Below are positions 22,733-31,196 of a stretch of 37,767 nt of DNA, in pieces. The notes under the pieces were generated by a model, which saw only the letters and a list, made by a program, of their open reading frames with translations, searched no databases and was not told the origin of the DNA. The position numbers and the translations under genes are program-made. Positions within the stretch are counted from its first letter, which is position 1, and the number at the start of each line of letters is the position of its first letter. Origin of the DNA: Minisyncoccota bacterium (lineage in GTDB: Bacteria > Patescibacteriota > Minisyncoccia > Phycocordibacterales > UBA2100). The DNA is taken from the NCBI GenBank assembly GCA_018061585.1, contig JAGOTU010000001.1, positions 1-37,767 on the forward strand. The letters run 5' to 3'.

Positions 22733-23605
22733 ATGCTCGATGCGCTGCGCCAGTACGTTCTCCCAATTCTGTTCGCCACTCTTGTCCTCCTGGGCTTTTC
22801 TGCCTATGGGGCGCAGAAAGCCACGGTCGTCGCGTTCGAGCGGCCTGTGCCTACCTACGAACAGGTGGTGGAGAAAGAAGTCCTCATGTCGAACCCTGAC
22901 GAACTCCTGCCGGATCTGGTGCCCATGCCGGCAACGGATCTAAAAATTGCCGAGGCAGAGAACGGAGACCTCCGTCTTCTGTTCAGCACTACGTATCTCA
23001 ATCAGGGTCGCGGCACACTTGAGCTTCGTGCCGACCCGAAAACAGCGGGCGTACGCGCGGATATCGATCGCGATGTCTTGCAGCGCATCTATTTCAAGGA
23101 CGGCGGTTCCCGCGATAAGGTCGTCGGGAACTTTTTGTGGCATCAGACGCATCTGCACTACCACTATCAGGATTTCATCGTGTACGATCTCGCCGTTGAG
23201 GGCGGCGAGAATCTGGAGGACCTCAGCGGAATCCTCCAGAAATCAACATTTTGTTTGCGAGACATCAGCCGAATACTCTCGCCAGTCGAGGGAAAAAAGG
23301 AAGAGGCCACATACAAGATCTGCGGTAAGGAATTGCAAGGAGTTTCTGTCGGCTGGGGGGATACGTACTATTTCGATTATCCGGATCAGGCGCTCAATAT
23401 CGAGAGTCTACCGTCAGGTACATATCGCCTCACCTTTATTGCCAATCCCGAGCGTCGCCTGGATGAGCTCGCATACTCCAATAACACAAGCTACGTGATC
23501 TTCAATTACGACCGCGAGAAACGCACGGTAGAGGTCACCAAGGAGTTCCCTGAGAACCTGCCCGAGATAGAGCATGTGCACTTGGACGACCCGTTCGGCT
23601 TGTAG
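22733..23605 (+). CDS. Lysyl-oxidase-like copper amine oxidase family protein, membrane-anchored or secreted
   Basis: The motifs LPDLVP, NxGxGxLELR, a His-rich copper site WHQTHLHYH, FCLRD, QGVSVGWGDTYY and ELAYSNN match the Lysyl_oxidase domain pattern. The match is from memory. The N-terminus has a hydrophobic anchor. Confidence 0.65.
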   Translation: MLDALRQYVLPILFATLVLLGFSAYGAQKATVVAFERPVPTYEQVVEKEVLMSNPDELLPDLVPMPATDLKIAEAENGDLRLLFSTTYLNQGRGTLELRADPKTAGVRADIDRDVLQRIYFKDGGSRDKVVGNFLWHQTHLHYHYQDFIVYDLAVEGGENLEDLSGILQKSTFCLRDISRILSPVEGKKEEATYKICGKELQGVSVGWGDTYYFDYPDQALNIESLPSGTYRLTFIANPERRLDELAYSNNTSYVIFNYDREKRTVEVTKEFPENLPEIEHVHLDDPFGL

Positions 23606-23617
23606 CATACTCTCCCC

Positions 23618-24742
23618 ATGACAAAAATATTCATTGCGCTGATCGGGTTCGTTCTTCTTATTTACGGCGCACTCGTTCTCATCTCCCCGAGCGAGACACC
23701 GGCCACCACCGATCCGGGTTCTGCGACCACAACAACGACGGGAAGCACGCCCGTTGCGGAGCCGGTCGTGATAGCCGACGAACTCGCGATCCCGTGGGAC
23801 ATCGCGTTCTTGCAAGACGGCTCGTACTTAGTCACTGAGCGTCCGGGAGACGTGCTACACATCTCATCAAACGGGAGTACAACTCGTATAAAGATCTCCA
23901 CGGGCGTTGCCGGTGAAGGAGGGCTCCTGGGCCTGGTATTACACCCGGATTATGCGCGAAACCATTTTGTATATGTGTATATGTCCGAAAAAGCGGGAAC
24001 CATCACATCAAATCGTGTAGTTCGATACACCTACGAGGATGAAAAACTTGACTCCGCAAAAGAGATCATCAAGGGTATCCCGGGCGCGCTGTATCATGAC
24101 GGCGGTCGCATGGAATTCGGACCGGACGGAAAACTCTATATAACGACGGGAGACGCGACACGAGGCGCGCTCGCGCAAGACAAGTCATCGCTCGCCGGTA
24201 AGATACTACGATTGAATGACGATGGAACTATTCCCTCAGACAACCCGTTCGACACTGCAGTGTATTCCTACGGTCATCGAAATCCGCAAGGTCTCGCATG
24301 GGATGAGAGTGGTCAGCTTTGGGAAACCGAACACGGACCGACCGGTGAGGCCGGAAAATGCTGCCGTGACGAGATCAACAAGATCGTCAAAGGCGGCAAC
24401 TACGGCTGGCCGACGATCATCGGTGATGAGAAAGCTGAGGGGCTCATCAGTCCCGCATGGCACTCGGGAGACGACACGTGGGCACCGGCGAGCCTTGTAT
24501 ATCATGACGGCGCATTGTATTTCGGAGGACTCATCGGTACGTCTGTATACAAAGCCACCCTCTCTGATGGAGCGATCAAGTCACTCGACTCATATACCGA
24601 CGGGGAGTACGGACGAATTCGCACGATCCGCAAAGGACCCGACAGTATGTTCTACATTACGACAAGTAACACTGACGGCCGCGGACGGTCGCTCCCCCAC
24701 GATGACCGGATCATTCGCTTCGACCCGCGATCATTCGAATAG
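23618..24742 (+). CDS. PQQ-dependent (soluble) sugar dehydrogenase, GSDH/YliI-like beta-propeller
   Basis: The motifs PWDIAFLxDG, GEGGLLGLVLHPDY, HDGGRMEFGPDGKLYITTGD, YSYGHRNPQGLAWD and GGNYGWP are present. The N-terminus has a membrane anchor or signal. Confidence 0.8.
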   Translation: MTKIFIALIGFVLLIYGALVLISPSETPATTDPGSATTTTTGSTPVAEPVVIADELAIPWDIAFLQDGSYLVTERPGDVLHISSNGSTTRIKISTGVAGEGGLLGLVLHPDYARNHFVYVYMSEKAGTITSNRVVRYTYEDEKLDSAKEIIKGIPGALYHDGGRMEFGPDGKLYITTGDATRGALAQDKSSLAGKILRLNDDGTIPSDNPFDTAVYSYGHRNPQGLAWDESGQLWETEHGPTGEAGKCCRDEINKIVKGGNYGWPTIIGDEKAEGLISPAWHSGDDTWAPASLVYHDGALYFGGLIGTSVYKATLSDGAIKSLDSYTDGEYGRIRTIRKGPDSMFYITTSNTDGRGRSLPHDDRIIRFDPRSFE

Positions 24743-24745
24743 CGC

Positions 24746-26071
24746 CTAGCGCTCCTTCCACTCGCTATCCATTCGCACAAGTAGTTCGTCGGCGCGCATT
24801 GGTTCCGCCATTATCTCGAGCACAGTTCTTTCCATTCGCATACTCTGCGAGCCCTTAACGAGAACGACGTCGCCGGGCTTGAGGTCACGTTCCAACTCTT
24901 TCCCCGCGCGTTCTGCCTCGTCCATTTCGTACTGCATGATCTTTGCATCTTTCATTCCGGCGTCGAGCGCGCTTTCTGCAACGAGACGCGAACGGAATCC
25001 GACAGTGCGGAGCATGTCTGCGGTCTCGGCAACGCGCTCCCCTACATGCTTATGCGCCTCAGATGAATAGCGGCCGAGTTCAAGCATGTCGCCGAGTACA
25101 GCGATCTTTCGTTTGCCTTTGACCATTTTCAGGGTGTCCAGTGCGGCAAGAACTGCTGTGGGAGACGAGTTGTAGGTGTCATCAATGATGACCGTGCCCT
25201 TGATACCCGGTAGAACACGAACGCGCCCTGGGGGCGGATCCCACTTGGAAATTGCGGCGGCTGCAACATCGGTATCGATACCGATCACTTCTGCAACTGC
25301 GAGCGCCGCAGTTGCTGCATAGACGCGTGGGCGCCCGAGTGCGTGGTGTACGATCATCGGAACGGTCTCCCCTTTACGCATTATTTTGAACTGCATACCA
25401 TTCGGCATGTCATTCTCATACAATATTTCCTCGCCGAACGCAGCGTAAGAATTCTGTTGATCGAATCCGTATGTGAGTGACGTACCGCGAAAAGAATTCT
25501 GCAGCATACGCATTCGCGCTTCGTCGCCGTTGAGTATCAGCGTGCCGCCCGGTTTCAGGTGATCAGCGAGTTCGCGCTTTTCCTTGAGGACTTCGCCCGG
25601 AGAATTAAAATACTCTACGTGTACCGGAATATCAGGAACGCCGGTTATGACTGAGATGTCAGGTCGCAACCACACAGCGATACGGCGAATGTCTCCCGGA
25701 CGGTCGGCGCCGACCTCAAGCACGAGCCATTTCGGATACGTGCGCGCAAAAATTACAAAAAACCCCTGCACCATATTGCTCAGCCACTTCCACGGGTCAT
25801 TCCAGCCGGTCTCGAGCCCGAGGATAGTGAGCGGTACACCGAATTCACTATTGAAGCTCTTTGCACTTTTGCGCACATGCAGCTCTCCCGAAAGAGCCGC
25901 ATAAATAGCGTCCTTTGTCGTGGTCTTACCTACGGAGCCCGTAACAGCGACGATCGATGGCTTATGACGAAGCAGTACCGCTCGTGCCTCGAGCGTGAGT
26001 ATATAGACAACGACAGACCTGAGAAACGCGACCATAATGGTGTCTATCCTACCAGATTTTTTACGGAGCAT
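24746..26071 (-). CDS. murF: UDP-N-acetylmuramoyl-tripeptide--D-alanyl-D-alanine ligase (short-form MurF)
   Basis: The Mur ligase P-loop TGSVGKTTT plus central and C-terminal domains are present. The start is uncertain: ATG 26071 (441 aa) directly follows a 16-bp hairpin with no Shine-Dalgarno sequence. The alternative is ATG 26035. Confidence 0.8.
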   Translation of the reverse strand: MLRKKSGRIDTIMVAFLRSVVVYILTLEARAVLLRHKPSIVAVTGSVGKTTTKDAIYAALSGELHVRKSAKSFNSEFGVPLTILGLETGWNDPWKWLSNMVQGFFVIFARTYPKWLVLEVGADRPGDIRRIAVWLRPDISVITGVPDIPVHVEYFNSPGEVLKEKRELADHLKPGGTLILNGDEARMRMLQNSFRGTSLTYGFDQQNSYAAFGEEILYENDMPNGMQFKIMRKGETVPMIVHHALGRPRVYAATAALAVAEVIGIDTDVAAAAISKWDPPPGRVRVLPGIKGTVIIDDTYNSSPTAVLAALDTLKMVKGKRKIAVLGDMLELGRYSSEAHKHVGERVAETADMLRTVGFRSRLVAESALDAGMKDAKIMQYEMDEAERAGKELERDLKPGDVVLVKGSQSMRMERTVLEIMAEPMRADELLVRMDSEWKER

Positions 26072-26072
26072 C

Positions 26073-26107
26073 GCGCATTCAAACCGATCCAATCGGTTTG
26101 AATGCGC
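26073..26107. repeat. 35-nt palindrome (16-bp stem, 3-nt loop) abutting the murF ATG
   Basis: The sequence is GCGCATTCAAACCGAT-CCA-ATCGGTTTGAATGCGC. Confidence 0.8.
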
Positions 26108-26118
26108 AGGAAAAGGGT

Positions 26119-26186
26119 CGGAAAAACGTAGTTTTTCCGTGTAGGAGAGCAGTGAGCGAAGCGAGCGTTGAGAACCGTGGGTTCTC
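26119..26186. repeat. Double-hairpin repeat, copy B
   Basis: The hairpins are CGGAAAAAC-GTA-GTTTTTCCG (26119-26139) and GAGAACC-GTG-GGTTCTC (26170-26186). The flanks align with 20520-20583. Confidence 0.6.
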
Positions 26187-26225
26187 AAAAGGTGATGAAT
26201 TCTGGCCAGGCCAGAATTCATCACC
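26186..26225 (-). terminator. Very strong hairpin + T-run after ftsI, overlapping its stop codon
   Basis: The perfect palindrome GGTGATGAATTCTGGCC-A-GGCCAGAATTCATCACC spans 26191-26225. On the minus strand it is followed by TTTTGAG. Confidence 0.7.
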
Positions 26226-27936
26226 TGTCTGGTGGGATATCGTAGTAATTGATCAAAAATTTTGCGAGATCATCGAACGGCTGCGCGAGTGTGGCAGACG
26301 CGAACTCCGCACCATGCGGCTCTACCGTGAACAGGAAGACGATCAGCTTCGGATCCTGTGCCGGGAAGTAGCCGAAGAACGAGTGGAGGAATCTGTCCTC
26401 GTAATACCCTCGTCCGGGAACGGCGATCTGAGCCGTACCTGTTTTTGCTGCGATGGAATAGTGCTCCATCTTGTATTTGCCGTTCAACAGTGCCTCGTCG
26501 AACACGGTCGTGAGCATTTCGCTCACCGTACGCGCCGTCTCAGATTTTAAGACCTGAATCGACGACGATGCTGCGATCTCGCGCGTAATGCCGCTTTCGT
26601 AGCGGACAGCGGTGACGACGTGCGGATTCGGAAGCATCCCGCCGTTGGCGAGGGCTGATAGCGCTCGCGTCATGGCAATGGGAGAAACAGATACCCCCTG
26701 ACCGAACGAAGCGGCGGCGTAATTCACGTCAGGCGACCGGCCCTCACCAAGTGTGGAAATATCTCCCGTAACTTCGTTCGGCAGGTCGATGCCGGTCTTT
26801 GAACCGAACCCGAATGCTCGCATGTAGTCTGTGAATACCGGGTGCGTCATTTTGTCCGTGATGAACGTGACTCCAAGGTTCAACGACTGATTCAAGACCT
26901 CCTGCATCGGGACCGTGTGTCTTGCTTTGCGATCGTAATTACAGATCGTCTTGGTGCTGCGCTCGATGCAACCGGCGTCGTAATAGGTCGTCGCGGGAGT
27001 GATAGCACCGGAATCTATTCCGACAGCAACCGTGATGGGTTTCATAATAGAGCCGAGTTCATAGCGACCCTCTACGAGAGGATTCCCGAATACGGACGGG
27101 TCGTCCACAGTATTGTACGAATTCGGGTCGAATCCCGGCCGCATACCGAGTGCACGTATCTCCCCCGTGCGCGGATCCATGACTATCCCTCCTGCAATTT
27201 TTGGAGAGTATGTCGACATGACCCCGTCGAGCACCTTTTCTAGTTCCGCCTGAGCCGCCGGTTCGATCGACGTGATGATGTCACCCTGCCGGCCTTCAGT
27301 ATCACGACTGAGTAGTGCACCGACATTCGCAAAGATCTCTGCGAATGGATTCACATACAGCCCCGTCGTCGTTTCGATCAGTGTTGATTCGAACTGTCGT
27401 TCAAGTCCGTATACCCCGACCCGCTTATCGCCCTTGAATCCCACGAACCCGACCGCCTGTGCGGCCAGATGTCCGCCGGGATATGTTCGCCATTGATCTT
27501 GAACCAAGAGAACTCCCTTGATCTTGAGCGCGCGTATCTTTTTTGCCGCGTCGTCGCTCACGCGAAACGCGATCTCTTCATACGGATCGTCTACACGCTT
27601 GATACTTGTGTCATAGCGCTCCCTGTCGATCTTAGTGATCGCATTCATGGATTCGTATGCCCGCTCCGGGTCTGCAATATCGCCGGGCGTTATGGCTATT
27701 CGATACCCTGACTGCATCACTGCCGCTGCAACGAGTGCACCGTCCTTGGTCGTAAAGTAAATGTTGCCGCGATTGAGCGTATCGGGACTTTGTTCCACGT
27801 ATTGTGCCGTCGCGCTACGCCGATATGCCTCACCGCGTGCTATTTGTAATACATAGAGCCGTGCCACCAAGAGCACTGCGATACCAATGAAAAAAACGCC
27901 GATCAGGCGTGTACGAAATGCGATGTTAGATCTCAT
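26221..27936 (-). CDS. ftsI: Class B penicillin-binding protein (FtsI-type transpeptidase)
   Basis: It has an N-terminal transmembrane segment, a PBP dimerisation domain and a transpeptidase domain. It sits after rsmH and the ftsL-like gene. Confidence 0.8.
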   Translation of the reverse strand: MRSNIAFRTRLIGVFFIGIAVLLVARLYVLQIARGEAYRRSATAQYVEQSPDTLNRGNIYFTTKDGALVAAAVMQSGYRIAITPGDIADPERAYESMNAITKIDRERYDTSIKRVDDPYEEIAFRVSDDAAKKIRALKIKGVLLVQDQWRTYPGGHLAAQAVGFVGFKGDKRVGVYGLERQFESTLIETTTGLYVNPFAEIFANVGALLSRDTEGRQGDIITSIEPAAQAELEKVLDGVMSTYSPKIAGGIVMDPRTGEIRALGMRPGFDPNSYNTVDDPSVFGNPLVEGRYELGSIMKPITVAVGIDSGAITPATTYYDAGCIERSTKTICNYDRKARHTVPMQEVLNQSLNLGVTFITDKMTHPVFTDYMRAFGFGSKTGIDLPNEVTGDISTLGEGRSPDVNYAAASFGQGVSVSPIAMTRALSALANGGMLPNPHVVTAVRYESGITREIAASSSIQVLKSETARTVSEMLTTVFDEALLNGKYKMEHYSIAAKTGTAQIAVPGRGYYEDRFLHSFFGYFPAQDPKLIVFLFTVEPHGAEFASATLAQPFDDLAKFLINYYDIPPDR

Positions 27937-27947
27937 AGAGCGCCCCG

Positions 27948-28292
27948 CTAAATAGCATTGCGCTCTATTGTATCAGCCGTTTCAGCTGCCGCTGTAGCAC
28001 CCGGGCGGTACACGTAGTCTGTATCTGATAGCTCCGAAAGACCGAGGCTCGAACCCGTTTGTGGGGTTACCGCTGCAGAAAGTTGAAAGTACTGTTTCTC
28101 AAGTGACGCAATGGAACTCTGGAGCGAAACACTAGAGCGCGAGGCTTCTTTGCGGGCGATGATATTGAGGACAGATGCGCCGACAAAATACAGATACCCG
28201 CACAAGATGACACCGAGCAATGCAAAAAGCACGCGGAATGCGACCCGTTCGAATGAGTACTCGACCGTCAATGCTTGAATGTGTTTGTTCAT
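27948..28292 (-). CDS. FtsL-like single-pass cell-division protein (114 aa)
   Basis: It has one transmembrane segment followed by a coiled region. Its ATG overlaps the rsmH stop (ATGA at 28292-28289). The call rests on position and topology only. Confidence 0.5.
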   Translation of the reverse strand: MNKHIQALTVEYSFERVAFRVLFALLGVILCGYLYFVGASVLNIIARKEASRSSVSLQSSIASLEKQYFQLSAAVTPQTGSSLGLSELSDTDYVYRPGATAAAETADTIERNAI

Positions 28293-29281
28293 ATTTTTTC
28301 TATAACGCGTAATTTGGCACTGCGTGAACGAGGGTTTTCTTTTACCTCCCCCTCGCTTGGCGTTATGGGCCGGCGAGTGATCAGGTTGCCCTGACCGTCG
28401 CGTGCCCATTCCGCAAAACGATGCTTTACGATCCTGTCCTCTGAGCTGTGGAACGAGATGATGGCGAGCCTTCCTCCAGCTTTCAGGAGCGACCACGCGG
28501 CTTCCATTCCCGCCTTCAATGCGCCGAACTCGTCGTTGACCGCTATACGCAAGGCCTGAAACGACTTCGTGGCCGGATGGATCTTGCCGTGACGATACGC
28601 AGCCGGTACGGCTGCACGTATGATCTCTGCGAGCTGACGAGCGGTCTGTATGCGGGAATTCGCGCGTTCGCGAACAATACGCTCCGCAATACGCCTGGAA
28701 TATCGCTCCTCGCCGAATCCGAACAAAATGTCGCTGATCGATTCTTCTGACCAGTCATTGACGATGGTTTCCGCCGTTAGTGTCGCGTTCTTGGAATACG
28801 ACATTGATAGCGGTTCATCGGTCTGGAACGAGAATCCCCGTCCGGCACTTAGTTGGAATTGTGACCATCCGAGATCGAACAGCACTTTGTCTACCTCCTG
28901 AATGCGCACACTTGCGAGCGCATTCTTGAGATTCCGGAAGTTGTCGTTGATCAGGAGCACGGTCGGCCCGTCGCCGGTAAGGGGGACGGGCGAACCATTG
29001 TCTCCGGGAGCCTGGGCATCCGCCAACATATCGCGAGCGCGGCTGACGGCATCTGAATCGGCGTCGACTCCTATCAGGGTGCCGCCTGTGCCTAGCTGCT
29101 TAGCGATTGCGAGCGCATGTCCCGCGCCCCCAAGCGTGCCGTCTACGACGACATCGTTCTTTCTCAACGAAAGCTGTTCCACTGCCTCGTGTAAAAGAAC
29201 TGTTCGATGCCCATCTGAGGTTCGAGCAACAGATGATGACGGCATCGAGTTGCTGGAGGATTGTGAGCGTCGCGTGCGCAT
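28289..29281 (-). CDS. rsmH: 16S rRNA (cytosine1402-N4)-methyltransferase RsmH/MraW
   Basis: The motifs HRTVLLHEAV, DGTLGGAGH, ISFHSSEDRIVK and NPRSRSAKLRV are present. I chose the ATG at 29281; GGAGG lies 13 nt upstream, so the start is somewhat uncertain. Confidence 0.85.
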   Translation of the reverse strand: MRTRRSQSSSNSMPSSSVARTSDGHRTVLLHEAVEQLSLRKNDVVVDGTLGGAGHALAIAKQLGTGGTLIGVDADSDAVSRARDMLADAQAPGDNGSPVPLTGDGPTVLLINDNFRNLKNALASVRIQEVDKVLFDLGWSQFQLSAGRGFSFQTDEPLSMSYSKNATLTAETIVNDWSEESISDILFGFGEERYSRRIAERIVRERANSRIQTARQLAEIIRAAVPAAYRHGKIHPATKSFQALRIAVNDEFGALKAGMEAAWSLLKAGGRLAIISFHSSEDRIVKHRFAEWARDGQGNLITRRPITPSEGEVKENPRSRSAKLRVIEKI

Positions 29282-29318
29282 GACTATCAAAATTCCTCCA
29301 GCAGCTCGAAGCCACCGA

Positions 29319-29753
29319 TTAGAGAGCGCCGATCTCACCGAGTTTCTCGGCAAGAGCATCGGCCTGCTTCTCAATACGGGCTTTGTAGGTGTTCCAGCGT
29401 GTCGCGTCCCAGATCTCGACTCGATCTGACACTCCGGCGAAAACAACGTCTTTCTTCAATCCCGCGAACTGCACCTGGTGCATCGGGATGAGAATACGTC
29501 CCGCAGCGTCGACTTCGACCTCTGCGGCACCGGAAAGAATGAAGCGGTTGAATCCTCGTGTATCGGCCTGTGCAAAAGAAAGTTCCTGGAGCTTCGCAGC
29601 TACCTTTTCCCATTCTTTGCGCGAGTAAACGAACAAGCAGTTATCGAGTCCGCGCGTCATCACGACTTTTTTGCCGAGATCAGTGCGAAAGGATTTGGGA
29701 AGCGAAATTCGCTTCTTTTCATCCAGACTGTGTTCGTATTCGCCGATATACAT
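29319..29753 (-). CDS. mraZ: Transcriptional regulator MraZ
   Basis: It has two SpoVT/AbrB-like halves (DEKKRISLPKSFR and DAAGRILIP). It is 144 aa and is the first gene of the division block. Confidence 0.9.
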   Translation of the reverse strand: MYIGEYEHSLDEKKRISLPKSFRTDLGKKVVMTRGLDNCLFVYSRKEWEKVAAKLQELSFAQADTRGFNRFILSGAAEVEVDAAGRILIPMHQVQFAGLKKDVVFAGVSDRVEIWDATRWNTYKARIEKQADALAEKLGEIGAL

Positions 29754-29810
29754 AGGGTTTCAGACACTCATTCCGCGGAAGTGACCAGCAACTAGACTAT
29801 CCGCTGGTTT

Positions 29811-29855
29811 CCCACTTTTTCCCACTGAATAAGAGTATATACCACTATACCCCAC
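29811..29855 (-). promoter_or_regulatory. Phased GTGGG boxes: candidate MraZ operator
   Basis: On the minus strand, GTGGG occurs at 29855-29851, GTGG at 29845-29842, and GTGGG at 29825-29821 and 29815-29811. Spacing is 10 nt within each pair. The boxes lie 58-100 nt upstream of the mraZ ATG. Confidence 0.55.
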
Positions 29856-29886
29856 TGCATCACAGTTATCCACACGGTACTGCATA

Positions 29887-29914
29887 GGAAAACCGCGCCC
29901 CGGGCGCGGTTTTT
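29887..29914. terminator. Bidirectional terminator after 29935..30435
   Basis: The hairpin ACCGCGCC-CCG-GGCGCGGT is flanked by AAAA on one side and TTTT on the other. Confidence 0.8.
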
Positions 29915-29934
29915 CCCTCCGTATCAGCGCCGGA

Positions 29935-30435
29935 TCAGGCTTCGACCAGATCCATCTCTCGGATGTGTTCCTGCACGATGTCAGGAAGCTGTTCGGCCAA
30001 CCAATTTGCCATATCGATCTCGTCTTTGAGAATGTCGGCACAAACCGAGGCCGTCTCTGTATCGTCCAATGCTTCGGCTGCTGCGATGATCGCCGTATAT
30101 GATGCGATCTCAAAATGCTCTGCCGCGTAGGATGCCATGGCGTTCTTTACCAGACTGTCATGCGGCAAGCTTGCCATCACCCCTTTGGCGGCGTTGGCCA
30201 TTTGCATCAGGATATCTTTTCCGCCTGACGCGTCTGTCTTGTGGCGCTTGAGACACCCTTCGACCTTGGTCGCATGAGAGCGAGTCTCTTGTAAGTGATC
30301 TTTTAGCCGCGCCTGTATATCAGGCTTGTCCTCGGTCTCCGCAACCTGCTTCTCGAGAGTCGTGATCAGACCCATTTCCATTGCGTGCGCATCACGAAGC
30401 CACGCAAGATACATATTTTTTTGTTCTTCGTTCAT
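29935..30435 (-). CDS. Ferritin-like DUF892 (YciE/YciF-type) protein
   Basis: The N-terminus MNEEQKNMYLAWLRDAHAMEMG... and the four-helix pattern (HLQETRSHATKVEGCL, AAEHFEIASY) fit the family. I trimmed the start to the ATG at 30435. Confidence 0.65.
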   Translation of the reverse strand: MNEEQKNMYLAWLRDAHAMEMGLITTLEKQVAETEDKPDIQARLKDHLQETRSHATKVEGCLKRHKTDASGGKDILMQMANAAKGVMASLPHDSLVKNAMASYAAEHFEIASYTAIIAAAEALDDTETASVCADILKDEIDMANWLAEQLPDIVQEHIREMDLVEA

Positions 30436-30557
30436 ACGATTATTTATTACCAATAATGATCGATGCAGTATGTAAATGTGCGCGTGATATGAATATGAAA
30501 ACGCAACAGTATAAACCGCGCGAAGCGCGAGGTTAGCGCATTGCAACACGCGATCGT

Positions 30558-30893
30558 CTACAGTGTCTTTAGGAATTCACTACGAACCGCAGCGTAGTAC
30601 TCGGCGCGCTCTTTGCAGAGTTCATTGAATTCGTCCGGGCTTCCGTCGAATTCCTGCACATCAAGGAGATCATCTCGTAGTTCGAGCAGCTCCTGAGAGG
30701 ACACTTCCTGGTCTGATGACTCGAGTCGCTCGATCTCTGCCTGAATTGCTGTCTCCAGATTCGTCTTTCGTTCTTCAATTGATGCCTCGGCAAAGCGCGA
30801 GGAGTCCCATAACTCGATACGGTGACCGAGTAATGCCAGAGTCTCTCTATCAATGGGATCGATCTTTTTTGATTCTCGCGGCTTCTCTATCAT
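30558..30893 (-). CDS. Hypothetical acidic helical protein (111 aa)
   Basis: I trimmed the start to the ATG at 30893. No family recognised. Confidence 0.45.
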   Translation of the reverse strand: MIEKPRESKKIDPIDRETLALLGHRIELWDSSRFAEASIEERKTNLETAIQAEIERLESSDQEVSSQELLELRDDLLDVQEFDGSPDEFNELCKERAEYYAAVRSEFLKTL

Positions 30894-31002
30894 AGCGAAA
30901 TGGTAACAGATGTATCTCTCCACAGAAATAGCCGGGTACAGGCGTTTGTATGTCCGGAAAATAAAGTCAGCCAACACTTCGTGTTGTCCTCGTTATTTTT
31001 TG

Positions 31003-31073
31003 TGGACCTACGGGGAGTCGAACCCCGACCTGTTCCATGCCATGGAACCGTTCTACCGCTATACTATAGGCCC
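31003..31073 (-). tRNA. tRNA-Ala (anticodon GGC)
   Basis: Hand-folded: acceptor GGGCCTA/TAGGTCC with the G3:U70 identity pair, anticodon loop ATGGCAT, and T-arm CGGGG-TTCGACT-CCCCG. The D-stem has a mismatch. No CCA is encoded. Confidence 0.75.
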
Positions 31074-31196
31074 GTTCGCTCTGCATCCTATCAAATACAC
31101 GGGTCGATTCAAAAGCTGTGCGCACAACCCTTAATTGACGTCATCATTCATGACGTCTACACTCGAACGACTACTCGAATAGATGTATATATTTTC

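Noticed and set aside
20466-24745. Genomic island or prophage integrated at tRNA-Glu (tract from the tRNA to the convergent murF end).
   Set aside because: There is no integrase, phage or conjugation gene. No long-range direct repeat of the tRNA end appears at the far boundary; the copies are all within 230 nt of the tRNA. By eye there is no obvious compositional break. The accessory nature of the lysyl-oxidase/PQQ pair remains possible but unproven.
26191-26225. Two EcoRI sites (GAATTC) inside the 35-nt palindrome, considered as a hint of a restriction-modification target or cloning artefact.
   Set aside because: The sites are simply part of the symmetric arms. No restriction-modification genes are in the window. 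The palindrome is in frame with, and contains, the native ftsI stop codon.
30900-31196. N-terminal extensions of ORF-track entries. Examples: 30900 for the M64 gene, 10983 for the HD gene, 12271, 5529, 6502, 9249, 14718, 15409, 18209, 22766, 26224, 28496, 29446, 30549, 30977, 36014.
   Set aside because: The extensions read through tRNA genes, terminator hairpins, repeat elements or the upstream gene. Internal ATGs with properly spaced GGAGG-type Shine-Dalgarno sequences give proteins of the expected family length.
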